Positions 36,690 to 46,283 of a DNA stretch of 64,000 nucleotides are shown here, piece by piece. The stretch is taken from assembly GCA_937949725.1 (NCBI GenBank), contig CALECT010000074.1:7683-71682 (forward strand). The letters are read 5' to 3'. Origin of the DNA: an uncultured Pseudanabaenaceae cyanobacterium. Lineage in GTDB: Bacteria > Cyanobacteriota > Cyanobacteriia > PCC-9006 > JAAUQQ01. A program made the position numbers and the translations under genes. Under the pieces are notes generated by a model. It was given only the letters and a program-made list of their open reading frames with translations, was not told the DNA's origin and did not search any database. Every line of letters starts with the position of its first letter. Positions within the stretch are counted from its first letter, which is position 1.

Positions 36690-38819
36690 TTACCACACCC
36701 GCCAATCTGCCCAATCCTCATTGAAAATCGATGTATTTGGGAAAGCAGTCGGGTTACCTTTGGCCTGGAGACGAGCCTGAAGTTTCTCCAGTAGGGGCTC
36801 CCTACGAGGTAGGTCATTCACCATCTCAAAGGGTAGGGTTCCGGTCTCTAGTGCTAGATCGGCGACGGTACCCGCCGCTGCCCCGGCGGACCATTCGAAG
36901 GAATGGACCCGATAGGCCGCCGCTGCAATATGGCTAGTCGCAATGCCCTTGCCTGCGACCAAAAGATTGTCGATTTCCTGGGGAATCATCGCCCGCAATG
37001 GAATCTGGGCAGGGTAAGCCTGGCCATGGCCCTGGCGTGCGCCAGGCCGTTCAATATTGCCGGGCTTTTCCGAAGGGGACTCCTTCATACAGGGATGAAA
37101 ATCGATCGCATACTGAGCAATGCCCACCGCATCGGGATAAATCGTCGACCGACTACGGCGCTTGATGTCCTCTGGGGCAGCATCATTACCAATGGCTGAT
37201 GTGGCCTCTAACCCTGCCAAGGCTTTCCACATCTGCTTATAAGTAGTGGCATCTAGCTCCTGCTGATAGTAATCACTGCGGAAATCGGCCCGAGAGATAT
37301 CCAGCTCCGCAATGCTAAAGCCATCCTCATAGCCATAGCTGGGACGCCCAATAATCCGCCGTCCCTCTCGAATATAGGGATATTTCGACAGGCCATGCTC
37401 CGTCCCCATGGGGGAATCTGATCCAGTCAGCAAACGATGATTCAGATGAGGCTGTTTGGCCGTTTGATTCTCCGATGTGGTTTGGGAATTAGTTGTACCC
37501 GCAGCTAGCCAATAGTAAAAGCCTAAAGCCTGTTCTTCGCCTTTGCGCAATGTCTCGGTCCGCAATCCGCCCAGCCAGCCACCGGGCATAAGCTGGCCGC
37601 TGCTGCGCAATTGGTCCTGGCTATAAACCAAGTTATCCGCAGCGGTGCCGGGTCGATAGTCATTGCCCCAGACCCAGTTCTGCATCGAGATGTCGCCGGG
37701 CTGGGGCAAAGCAACTTTGAACGGGGTGCCCTGGGGACGCTTCTGGGAGTTGGGTGCCCAGATGCGCCGATAGGTAAATACGGCGTCGAGGTTGGAGAGA
37801 TTGGGGTTCTTGTCGTAGCCGTAGTAGGGCTGGTATTGCTCATAGAACTCTGGCTTCTCCTGGGGCTGGGGCGTTTGGGTTTGCTCCATGGCAAAGGTGT
37901 AGGTGAAGCCCTGGGTGCAGTAGGGGTCACCCGTTGCGCTAGCGGAAGAGGGATTGCGATAGCTACGCGGGTCTAGACCTACCCGATAGGGCACATCAGC
38001 CAGGGCCACCAGCTCCCCAGTTTCGCTAGCATCCACTACATACCATCCCGTATCCAATTCAGAGCGGCGCTTCCCCTCCGGCACGAGACGAATGATGCTC
38101 TTGCCCAAACGGGCAGAGGCTCCGTACTGGTAGGCATCTTCCAAGATTGTCGAAAGGGGTGAGCTATTGAGCGATGGCGTCCCTTGGGCCGGGCGGTGCT
38201 GGATGGCGATCGCCCCTTCAATCAAGCGTCCCTCCACGTCCAAATCCTTAATCACCGTATTGGGGAACCACTTGAGCTTACCCTTGCCTCGACGCTCCGC
38301 GACCTTAAGTTGGTCCCACAACAGGGTGTGAGCATCTTTAGGCAAGAAGCAGGAGACGCTGACCCAGCAGTCACCGGGGTTGAGTTCACCGTAGTGCTTC
38401 TCGATGCGCGATCGCAGCTCGTTATAGCCCCTGGGGTAATATTCCAAAGCCCGCTGCTTCTTAGCCTCATCCAGCGCCGAAGTGCCCTGGGCCGATATCT
38501 GTCCGCCCACCCAATCAGTAATCTCCGTCAGGCAAACTGTCCGCCCCGCGAGCAAAGCCTCATAGGCCGTTGCCGCTCCGGCCAAACCGCCCCCCGTCAC
38601 CAAAATCTCGCAGCTTTCCGTGCGATCAATGCGTGGTGGTTCACTATTGACCGCCAGCAATCCAGTCATGCGGTGAGGAAAAGCAGCTTCCGCAACGGAT
38701 GCTCCCACAACAGTAGACGGAATCAAACTCAGTAGAGCAACGAGTCCCCCTAAGCGTTGGCTGAGACGACCACCAGGCCAAATCGAATCTAGAGCAATAA
38801 AGAGATGGGATGGAGACAT
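36690..38819 (-). CDS. Secreted FAD-dependent oxidoreductase-family protein
   Basis: Dinucleotide-binding motif ILVTGGGLAGAATAYEALLAGRTVCLTE. Signal-like N-terminus from ATG 38819 (MSPSHLFIALDS...LSLIPSTVVGASVAEA). The longer track ORF is probably an over-extension. Confidence 0.8.
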   Translation of the reverse strand: MSPSHLFIALDSIWPGGRLSQRLGGLVALLSLIPSTVVGASVAEAAFPHRMTGLLAVNSEPPRIDRTESCEILVTGGGLAGAATAYEALLAGRTVCLTEITDWVGGQISAQGTSALDEAKKQRALEYYPRGYNELRSRIEKHYGELNPGDCWVSVSCFLPKDAHTLLWDQLKVAERRGKGKLKWFPNTVIKDLDVEGRLIEGAIAIQHRPAQGTPSLNSSPLSTILEDAYQYGASARLGKSIIRLVPEGKRRSELDTGWYVVDASETGELVALADVPYRVGLDPRSYRNPSSASATGDPYCTQGFTYTFAMEQTQTPQPQEKPEFYEQYQPYYGYDKNPNLSNLDAVFTYRRIWAPNSQKRPQGTPFKVALPQPGDISMQNWVWGNDYRPGTAADNLVYSQDQLRSSGQLMPGGWLGGLRTETLRKGEEQALGFYYWLAAGTTNSQTTSENQTAKQPHLNHRLLTGSDSPMGTEHGLSKYPYIREGRRIIGRPSYGYEDGFSIAELDISRADFRSDYYQQELDATTYKQMWKALAGLEATSAIGNDAAPEDIKRRSRSTIYPDAVGIAQYAIDFHPCMKESPSEKPGNIERPGARQGHGQAYPAQIPLRAMIPQEIDNLLVAGKGIATSHIAAAAYRVHSFEWSAGAAAGTVADLALETGTLPFEMVNDLPRREPLLEKLQARLQAKGNPTAFPNTSIFNEDWADWRVW

Positions 38820-39074
38820 GGGAGAAGGGAGAACGCTAGGAATTCCAGCAGGAGAGCCCAGCAACAGGGCAAGGATAGTCGCGTTATTGCCTAAGCCAGC
38901 GCATCTGTCCAGAGAGGTGATGCACACCCTAACCAAGAGGGAGATCAAACAACAGGCGATCGCCTTCACCGCCCATAAGCTCTGACCCCAACCATCGCCA
39001 AGATGTTGCTCTCCGCGCACCACAGCTCAGCAAATCAAGCTCTAAACTAGAGACAGATCCCTCAGACACTGTTC

Positions 39075-40280
39075 GTGCATCTTCCCTCTTTAGCTTTCTC
39101 CAGATTGACGAAGCCGTATCGTCAAAGCCCTGTCTGGCCAAAGATTCTGTGCCTGAGTCTTACCCTAGGTCTAGGCCTCACAAGCTGTAATCGCCCTGGC
39201 GAAACTGAACCGGAGGTTGTCGAGACCGCGATCGCCAATCCCACAGTGGTCGCCGTTGGTCGCCTCGGCCCAGTGGGCGGAGTGATCAAGCTATCGGTGC
39301 CCAATGCGGCAGATAGCCGGGTGAATCAGATTTTGGTGCGGGAGGGCGATCGCGTCCAAGCCGGTCAGGTCATTGCAGTGCTCCAAGGGGCGGAGCGGCG
39401 AGAGCGAGATCTGGCTGAAGCGCTGCAAAACGTGGCGCTATTTGAGGCGCGGCTAGCCCAAGTGGAAGCAGGTACGGCCAAACAGGCAGAGATTGCCGCC
39501 CAGCGCAGCAATATCATTCGGCTAGAGGCGGATTTGCGGACGCAAAGGCTGGAGAAGGAAGCGGCGATCGCCGCCGCCGAAGCAGACCTCCGCGATGCCG
39601 AGCTAACCTACGCTCGCCAAACTAGCCTGGTCAACGACGGAGCCATCAGCCAACAAGCCCAGGACCAAGCCCGCCAAGTCCTGGACAACCGCCGCGCCAC
39701 CGTCATCCAGCGCCAGGCCCAGCTCGCCAACACTGAGCAGACTCTGCAACAGCAGCTCCAAACAGAGCAGCAAAACCTCAGCCAGCTCCAGGAAGTGCGC
39801 CCCGTGGATGTACAAGTGGCCCGCGCTGAACTGGAGCGCGCCCGCATCGCCGTCGAACAGCGCCAGGCAGACCTGGAAGACACCCAAGTCAAGGTGCCAA
39901 TCCCTGGCCAAATCCTGCGCATCAACACAAAGGTTGGCGAACAGGTGAATACACAACAGGGCATTGTTGAACTGGGCCTCACCGAGCAAATGTTTGCCCG
40001 CGCTGAAGTCTACGAAACCGAAGTCGGCAAAATTCGTAAAGGCCAGCGAGCCAAGATTGTCAGCGAATATGGTGGCTTTGAGGGAGAGATTGAAGGCACG
40101 GTGGAGCAGATTGGTCTACAAATTGGCTCCCCCCAGCTCCAGCAAAGCTCTACCAATCCCACCAATGATGAAAATACGCGGGTGGTGGCGGTGGACATTC
40201 GCATTGATTCGGACGATAGCGAGAAAGTCGCGGCGCTGACCAATATGCAAGTGCGGGTAGAGATTGGTGTGAGCAATTAA
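39075..40280 (+). CDS. devB: ABC-exporter membrane fusion protein, DevB/HlyD family
   Basis: Lipobox LGLGLTSC, biotinyl-lipoyl-like hairpin (LVREGDRVQAGQVIAVL), long coiled coil rich in Q/A/E, and beta-barrel region (VKVPIPGQILRINTKVGEQV). GTG start. Confidence 0.85.
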   Translation: MHLPSLAFSRLTKPYRQSPVWPKILCLSLTLGLGLTSCNRPGETEPEVVETAIANPTVVAVGRLGPVGGVIKLSVPNAADSRVNQILVREGDRVQAGQVIAVLQGAERRERDLAEALQNVALFEARLAQVEAGTAKQAEIAAQRSNIIRLEADLRTQRLEKEAAIAAAEADLRDAELTYARQTSLVNDGAISQQAQDQARQVLDNRRATVIQRQAQLANTEQTLQQQLQTEQQNLSQLQEVRPVDVQVARAELERARIAVEQRQADLEDTQVKVPIPGQILRINTKVGEQVNTQQGIVELGLTEQMFARAEVYETEVGKIRKGQRAKIVSEYGGFEGEIEGTVEQIGLQIGSPQLQQSSTNPTNDENTRVVAVDIRIDSDDSEKVAALTNMQVRVEIGVSN

Positions 40281-40377
40281 AGCAAGGGTAGGTCTGGTGA
40301 GCTATCCCACACAGCAATGTCCTGCGCTCATTAGTCTTAACGATTTAGAATAGAGAAAGAAGGTCTAGAGATGGGTA

Positions 40378-40590
40378 ATGGATCAAGAAACAAAAGAACG
40401 ATTTGAGCGCATTGAATCCATTTTGACTGCAACTGCCCAGGGGCAAGCTGAAAATCGCGTCGCGATCTCTCAACTCACCCAGGCCCTTGAACTGACAAGG
40501 CAGGCCATCGTTGAGACAAACCGCAACGCAGTCGCAAACAAAGCGGAGCTTTCTGCCCACGCCGAAGACGAAACCGCCCACAACAACTAA
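40378..40590 (+). CDS. Small helical hypothetical protein (70 aa)
   Basis: ATG ORF, 41 nt upstream of the YaiI-family gene. No motif recognised. Confidence 0.4.
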   Translation: MDQETKERFERIESILTATAQGQAENRVAISQLTQALELTRQAIVETNRNAVANKAELSAHAEDETAHNN

Positions 40591-40631
40591 TCAACGCCAC
40601 GCGCAGCAGTCTCTGCGAAGGGAACAAGGCC

Positions 40632-41192
40632 ATGAAAATCTGGGTAGACGCCGATGCCTGTCCCAACGCCATCAAAGAAATCCTCTATCGTGCCGCCAAA
40701 CGCACCGGCTGCCCCACCACCCTCGTCGCCAATATTCACATCCAAGTCCCCAGCTACGTTGACATGATTGTCGTGCCGGGTCGCTTTGACGAAGCCGATA
40801 ACAAAATTGTCGAGCTGCTGAGCGCTGGAGACCTCACTATTACCACCGATATTCCTCTCGCTGCCCAAGCCCTAGAAAAAGGCAGCTACGTTTTCACCCA
40901 TCGCGGTGAAGAACTCACCAATAAAAATATCGGTGAACGCCTCGCCATGCGAAATCTGATGGAATCTCTGCGAGGCGGAACCGACCCCCTCGTCAGTGGA
41001 GGCCCCCCACCCTTTGGCCAGCGAGACAGCGCTAAATTTGCGAATCAGCTTGACCGCTTCCTCGCCAAGCATCTGCCTCCACAGGCTGCTACGCCCGAGC
41101 AGAAGGCGCCAAAGTCTGAGAAAGCAGTCCCTCTCTCGCCCAAGCCCACGCTTAACCCCAGACCCACTTTTAAGCCAGATTCAACCGAATAG
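40632..41192 (+). CDS. YaiI/YqxD-family protein (UPF0178/DUF188) with Pro/Lys-rich C-terminal tail
   Basis: The N-terminus [22 protein letters not shown] and the later ADNKIVE...[13 protein letters not shown] are the family signature. Confidence 0.85.
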   Translation: MKIWVDADACPNAIKEILYRAAKRTGCPTTLVANIHIQVPSYVDMIVVPGRFDEADNKIVELLSAGDLTITTDIPLAAQALEKGSYVFTHRGEELTNKNIGERLAMRNLMESLRGGTDPLVSGGPPPFGQRDSAKFANQLDRFLAKHLPPQAATPEQKAPKSEKAVPLSPKPTLNPRPTFKPDSTE

Positions 41193-41253
41193 CCGTAAGT
41201 CCCAAATAACAGCACTTCCGACAACGCCCGTTCAAATACGCCTGCCTGAAAAC

Positions 41254-41637
41254 TCAAATCGCCTCTTCATCTAACAGGCGGGCAAAGCTTTGAATGGCAT
41301 CACGAATCTTTTTAAACTCTTCCGCTCGACGTTCCGGCTCCATTTGCAGCTCATATTTCTCCAAGAGCCCCGTCGCGGTTAGGATCACACTTAACATCTC
41401 CCTTGCCTGAGTCGACATGGAAGGCAATGCACTAATCGACTGACCTTCGAGCGAAGACACCGCCCCTCCGGAAGTGAAGTTAGATGAATCCTGCAAGACG
41501 CTAAGCTGCCCCACAAGCTCTTCAAGTTTTTGCACTAGAAGCTGTTTCTTTTCTGGAGAATCTGCTGCATCCCACAAGTCACAAATGCATTGAAGCATTG
41601 AATCAAGTAGCGATTTAAACATGTCTTTCGTCATCAT
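41254..41637 (-). CDS. Hypothetical helical protein
   Basis: ORF with several candidate ATG starts (41637, 41634, 41622). No enzymatic motif. Confidence 0.5.
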   Translation of the reverse strand: MMTKDMFKSLLDSMLQCICDLWDAADSPEKKQLLVQKLEELVGQLSVLQDSSNFTSGGAVSSLEGQSISALPSMSTQAREMLSVILTATGLLEKYELQMEPERRAEEFKKIRDAIQSFARLLDEEAI

Positions 41638-42275
41638 CCTAGCTCCAGCCACCAACAGTAGTCACACACACAACAAACAAGAGATTTCTCAGAATTAGGG
41701 AAGTTTTACTTACCTCTTTTTGTTATGAAAAAGCAAGCAAGCTTTAACTTAGGGAACGAATCTTTTGACAAGACTACCGTTCAGGAATCAAACGAGAATG
41801 AGCCCTGGGAAATCCCAATAACTTCGTCCATCTTTCTGAGACGACGGATCTGGAAAGCTACCTTTTTGGCCACAGCTTTGATATATCAAAAAAATGTGAA
41901 ATACCTGTGAATATCAGTCGTTCCCAGAGCATGAAAAAGCTGTTTTTGTAAGAAAATAGGGCAAAATCAGCCTAGAGAAGGATTTTGAGAGAGGCCATGA
42001 TTGAGACCAGCAGGGCCTTTTCAGGTTGCCTTTCCAAGACAAATAGCTGATTTACAAGGCCCTACAGAACGTAGATTTGAGTCAGCTCAAATGGGAAAGA
42101 AACAGGTAGAAACTGCAACTAAAATTCACAGTTCCTCAATATTTTCAGGAATGAAGCTCACAGCCTCTCCCTGCAAAGTCCATGTTGTCATCTTCGAAAT
42201 GACATTAATACTCAATAAAAGGATTCCGCTCGCCTTTCTGGCACTGCACTGACGCTTCTATCACTTTCACGGCCT

Positions 42276-43274
42276 ATGACCTCTAGCTCAGCTGCATCGC
42301 GCAACCTCACCGTAGATCTCTTGCGTACTTTTGCCTTGCTCTACATCGTGGGCTTCTGGCACCTATTCGAATATGCTCCAGCACTCAGTTTTCATAAAGT
42401 CCCTGTCACCGGCCTGATTACCAAGCTTTGCCTGGGCCTCTTCATTTTCATCTCGGGCTATCTGCTGGCTAAGCGTTATCGATTTAGCGATCGCCCCTCT
42501 CTTCTCCTACCAGAAAGCCTCAGCTTCTACCGCAAACGCCTCCTGCGCATCTACCCCCTCTATTTCGTAGCCCTCAGCCTGTTCTGGGCCAGTCAACTCA
42601 TCGATGCCCCCACCTATGGCAGAGCATTGCTATTCTCCACACTGCTGCCCTACCAACCCCTCACCACCCTCTGGTTTATCTCAGTCATCATGGTCTGCTA
42701 CGGGCTGACGCCGCTGTATCTGCATCGCTATAGCTGGGCTAAAACTGTGGGGCTCACCTGCATCATTGTTGCGGGACTGTGGACGATTATCTTTGCGACC
42801 GATGGGGTTGACCTGCGGTTGCCGCTGTATCTGCCTGCGTTTGCCTATGGGGTCATTGTGGGGAAGCATCGCGGGGTGGAAAAGGCTTTTGGGCGATCGC
42901 CCACAGCAGTCATTGCGCTGATCGTTACTCTCCTCAATGGAATTCTCTATCTGAGTTTAAGCTCCGGTCTGGCCCAGTTCTTAGCATTGGACCTGACGTT
43001 ACTGGGTGCCATTCCCCTCGCTTGGTTTAGCAGTCATTGGCTTGCCCAGCGCTTACCGAACTGGGGAGAGCGAGGGCTGGCTTGGCTTAGCTATGGAAGC
43101 TTTACGGCCTATTTAATTCATCGGGTCACTTATCACTGGGCTGCCCAGCTCTACCAACCCATGGGATTCAGCTCTGCATTGCTGTATTGGCTGGGCCTCA
43201 TCTTACCTGGCACCTTGCTCATCGCCTTTGCCATGCAGGGGGTCTATGACCGCTTGATCAGGGCTGTTAGCTGA
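42276..43274 (+). CDS. Acyltransferase family 3 (membrane O-acyltransferase)
   Basis: RNLTVDLLRTFALLYIVGFWH start and about 10 TM helices, typical of the OafA/WecH-type acyltransferase_3 family. Confidence 0.8.
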   Translation: MTSSSAASRNLTVDLLRTFALLYIVGFWHLFEYAPALSFHKVPVTGLITKLCLGLFIFISGYLLAKRYRFSDRPSLLLPESLSFYRKRLLRIYPLYFVALSLFWASQLIDAPTYGRALLFSTLLPYQPLTTLWFISVIMVCYGLTPLYLHRYSWAKTVGLTCIIVAGLWTIIFATDGVDLRLPLYLPAFAYGVIVGKHRGVEKAFGRSPTAVIALIVTLLNGILYLSLSSGLAQFLALDLTLLGAIPLAWFSSHWLAQRLPNWGERGLAWLSYGSFTAYLIHRVTYHWAAQLYQPMGFSSALLYWLGLILPGTLLIAFAMQGVYDRLIRAVS

Positions 43275-43525
43275 TTCCAAGACTATAGGTCTTCGTTGGA
43301 AACAGCCTCTGAACACTGCTGGGCTTCATCTTGCGTTGGTCTTTAGGGCTTTTGGGTAAGCAAACTCATCTTGGCCGGAGCAGGAGAGACTCGCCGAAAA
43401 GTCAGCACCACTCAGCCCCGGCTGGAGGCTGTGACCCCTTGGCAACATCACTTCAGGGAAGTCAAGATGGCAAAGCCCGAAATAGATACAATAGTACTAG
43501 TATCCTTGCAATGGATGATTGAGTC

Positions 43526-44080
43526 ATGAATAGAGTTGTGTTCGATCCAGGTCACGGTGGCGTTGACCCCGGTGCCGTCTCAGGCAATGCCATCGAGAAA
43601 GATATTTCCCTCGTCGTTGCCCTGGCGGCGGCAGACCTCTTGGCAGCCAGGGATGACTTTTACATTGAAGTCACTCGCGAAACCGATATTAACCGGGACA
43701 TTGAACTGAGCCTGGAAGATCGCGTGGCCTTTAGCGATCGCCAAAACGCCGACCTCTTCGTCTCAGTCCATTGCAATGCCATGGCTCCGGGTAGTCCTGC
43801 CAATGGCTTCGAGGTGTTCCATTACTACGGCAGCTCCGCCGGGAACCAAGCCGCAACGGATGTGTTCAAAGCCATTGACCGCAAGATTCCTGAAATTGCC
43901 CCCCGGTCGGTCAAAGAGGCGGGCTTCTACGTGATTAAAAACACTCAAGCCCCGGCAATCCTGGTGGAATGTGGCTTCCTAACTTCAGATCAAGACCGCC
44001 CCAACTTGGAACGCCCCGCCTTCCAAAAGAAATATGGCGAAGCGATCGCAGCGGGAATCCTGCAATACTTTGGGGTATAG
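43526..44080 (+). CDS. N-acetylmuramoyl-L-alanine amidase (Amidase_3)
   Basis: VVFDPGHGGVDPGAV, LFVSVHCNA, and ILVECGFLTS are the Zn-binding/catalytic motifs of Amidase_3. Confidence 0.9.
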   Translation: MNRVVFDPGHGGVDPGAVSGNAIEKDISLVVALAAADLLAARDDFYIEVTRETDINRDIELSLEDRVAFSDRQNADLFVSVHCNAMAPGSPANGFEVFHYYGSSAGNQAATDVFKAIDRKIPEIAPRSVKEAGFYVIKNTQAPAILVECGFLTSDQDRPNLERPAFQKKYGEAIAAGILQYFGV

Positions 44081-44101
44081 CCAAGCCCATCAAGCCCTGC
44101 C

Positions 44102-45346
44102 TTGAACTTCACCGCCCTCCTGCCCTCTCCGACCAAGCTCCTGCGTGGGTTGTCCCTCGCCTGGGCCCAGCTGTCCCATCAAAAGATGCGCCTAGCAGTG
44201 GCCCTGCTAGGGGTGGGCTTTGCCAACATTTTGATGTTTACGCAACTGGGGTTGCTGTCGGTCCTGTTTGACGGCGTCACCCTGGTCCATGAACAAATCA
44301 GCGGCGAACTCTATATCGTTTCCGCCTACTCCCGTTCCCTGGGGCGACGGGGCTTTCCCAATATCTATCTCTACCAAGCTGATGCCGTAGAAGGCGTTGC
44401 CCAAGCCAGTCCCCTCTACATCGGCGACCAGGATTGGGTTGATCCAGAAGATTTGATGACAGAGGATGAAGCCCTGCCCGGTGCCGCAGAGCGCAAGCGC
44501 AAGAAATCTGGCGATCTATTTCCCAACAGTGTGCGAGTCCTGGCCTTCAACCTGGAGCGTCCTGTCCTCAACAATCCAGAAGTGAGCCAGCAGCTGGAAA
44601 AGCTCAGTGCCCCCGACAGCGTTTTGTTTGACCGACTAGCTCAGCCCAGCCTGGGACCAGTGGTGGAGCTGTTTGAACGCGATCGCCAGGTCCAGTCCCT
44701 CATGGCCAATCGCCGCGTCTATGTCGTGGGACTCTTTAACCTGGGCAGCACCCTATTTGATAAGGGCAACGCCATCATGAGCGACTACAACTACTCCAGG
44801 CGGAGCGGTCGTTCCCTAGAGCAAGTGGGTGTCGGCGTCCTGACTCTCGACCCCGGAGCGGATGTCTTGGCTGTACAACAGCAGCTAGTTGCCACCCTGC
44901 CCGACTCCCTCAAGGTTTTGACGAAGCCTGAGCTGATACAAGCGGAGAAAGATGCGCGATCGCGTGACCCCAGCGGCAAGGTCTTAGCCTTCGGAGCCGT
45001 CATGGGCTTTATCGTCGGCGTGATTGTCGTCTACCAAGTGCTCTACACCGACGTAACAGACCACCTCCCGGAATACGCAACCCTAAAGGCCATGGGCTAT
45101 TCCAACAGTCGCCTGATCGAAGTGGTGCTGTTTGAAGCGATGCTCCTGGCCCTGCTGGGCTTTGTTCCCGGCTTTGGCGCATCCATCGGTGTCTACGAGC
45201 TACTCACCTGGCTGACCAAAATCCCGGTCGCCATGCGCTTCGGCGTGGCTTTCCAAGTGTTTATGCTCACCGTGGCCATGTGCATGTTCTCCGGCATCGT
45301 CGCCATGCGAAAGCTATCCAAGGCCGATCCAGCCGATATTTTTTGA
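44102..45346 (+). CDS. devC: ABC-exporter permease, DevC family (FtsX-like)
   Basis: N-terminus LSLAWAQLSHQKMRLAVALLGVGFANILMFTQLG, a large periplasmic loop, and the C-terminal FtsX-type 3-TM bundle ending in KADPADIF. TTG start 21 nt after the amidase stop. Confidence 0.85.
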   Translation: MNFTALLPSPTKLLRGLSLAWAQLSHQKMRLAVALLGVGFANILMFTQLGLLSVLFDGVTLVHEQISGELYIVSAYSRSLGRRGFPNIYLYQADAVEGVAQASPLYIGDQDWVDPEDLMTEDEALPGAAERKRKKSGDLFPNSVRVLAFNLERPVLNNPEVSQQLEKLSAPDSVLFDRLAQPSLGPVVELFERDRQVQSLMANRRVYVVGLFNLGSTLFDKGNAIMSDYNYSRRSGRSLEQVGVGVLTLDPGADVLAVQQQLVATLPDSLKVLTKPELIQAEKDARSRDPSGKVLAFGAVMGFIVGVIVVYQVLYTDVTDHLPEYATLKAMGYSNSRLIEVVLFEAMLLALLGFVPGFGASIGVYELLTWLTKIPVAMRFGVAFQVFMLTVAMCMFSGIVAMRKLSKADPADIF

Positions 45347-45476
45347 GTCTGTCGAGACTAGCGAGTCTTATTCGACAATACTGTAACCTTTCGCAGAATA
45401 TCTTCAGATTTCGGTCGTAAATGCTGCTTTTTGAGACCTTAGAATGTGAACTATCGTTAGCTATAGAGGAGTGTTT

Positions 45477-46040
45477 ATGAAAGATGCATCACAAACACCT
45501 CCATCATCTGAACTGCAGGATGCATTATTGAATGCCAATTTCCCAGGCTCAGGAGTTGGGTTAAATCGTCTCGCCGCTCGCCTCAGCAACAAGTTATCCA
45601 AAGATGGCCTCGTCATTCAGGTGACGGATAACCTTCGCGAATCCCTAGATGTGGATCGTGTTGCACTCTATTACTTTTACAGAGAGTGGAAAGGTCAAGT
45701 AACCTTTGAATCCCTCAGCGATGAGTCCCTCTCGATCATTGGTATGACGGGTGCAGATGAATGCTTTAACCAGGACTACGCTCAAATGTACCTAGAAGGG
45801 CGAGTCCAGGTCACTCCGGATGTGAGTCAAGCCGAGATTCAAGATTGCCACCGTGAGTTTCTCAATGAAATCCACGTCAAAGCGAACTTGGTTGTACCGG
45901 TCCTGAAGAATCAGGCTCTTTGGGGATTGCTCGCTGCACACCACTGCACAGCACCAAGGGCCTGGAGCGATGCGGATATTGAGGCAATGAAAGCTGGTGC
46001 AAGAAAGCTTGCCACAGCCCCCAGTATCTATAAACACTAG
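45477..46040 (+). CDS. Stand-alone GAF-domain protein
   Basis: DVDRVALYYFYREWKGQVTFESL ... NLVVPVLKNQALWGLLAAHHC is a typical GAF core. AGGAG lies 5 nt upstream of ATG 45477. Low GC. Confidence 0.8.
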   Translation: MKDASQTPPSSELQDALLNANFPGSGVGLNRLAARLSNKLSKDGLVIQVTDNLRESLDVDRVALYYFYREWKGQVTFESLSDESLSIIGMTGADECFNQDYAQMYLEGRVQVTPDVSQAEIQDCHREFLNEIHVKANLVVPVLKNQALWGLLAAHHCTAPRAWSDADIEAMKAGARKLATAPSIYKH

Positions 46041-46067
46041 CGTAGAGAGCTGGGCCTAGTGCTCGTT

Positions 46068-46111
46068 TGCAAGCTGCAATTAGTCTCTGTGCAAGCCACA
46101 ATTAGCCTCTG
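46068..46111. repeat. Tandem 22-bp direct repeat (2 copies, 3 mismatches)
   Basis: tgcaagctgcaattagtctctg / tgcaagccacaattagcctctg, in the spacer between the GAF gene and the cupin-like gene. Confidence 0.85.
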
Positions 46112-46283
46112 ACGATTGAAATAAAGCTTACTGAGGCAGGAAGTCAAAAAAAATACTCAAACCATAGATTTTCTATGTTTATATAACTAGTTTTGTTCAC
46201 GAATCCGGTCCCCAAAACAACCTGAAGTAGAGAAGACCAGAGTGCATATTTCCCCTCTGTAAGATTCAACATCAGGTAGAGCA

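Noticed and set aside
38820-39023. N-terminal extensions of track ORFs, for example the first 68 codons of 36690..39023. Other cases are 4011-4193, 17104-17202, 26039-26110, 49639-49686, 53689-53754, 54327-54401, 63136-63234 and 63574-63681.
   Set aside because: Internal ATG codons give canonical N-termini (signal peptide, lipobox, [21 protein letters not shown] and others). The extensions run into repeats or promoter-like DNA.
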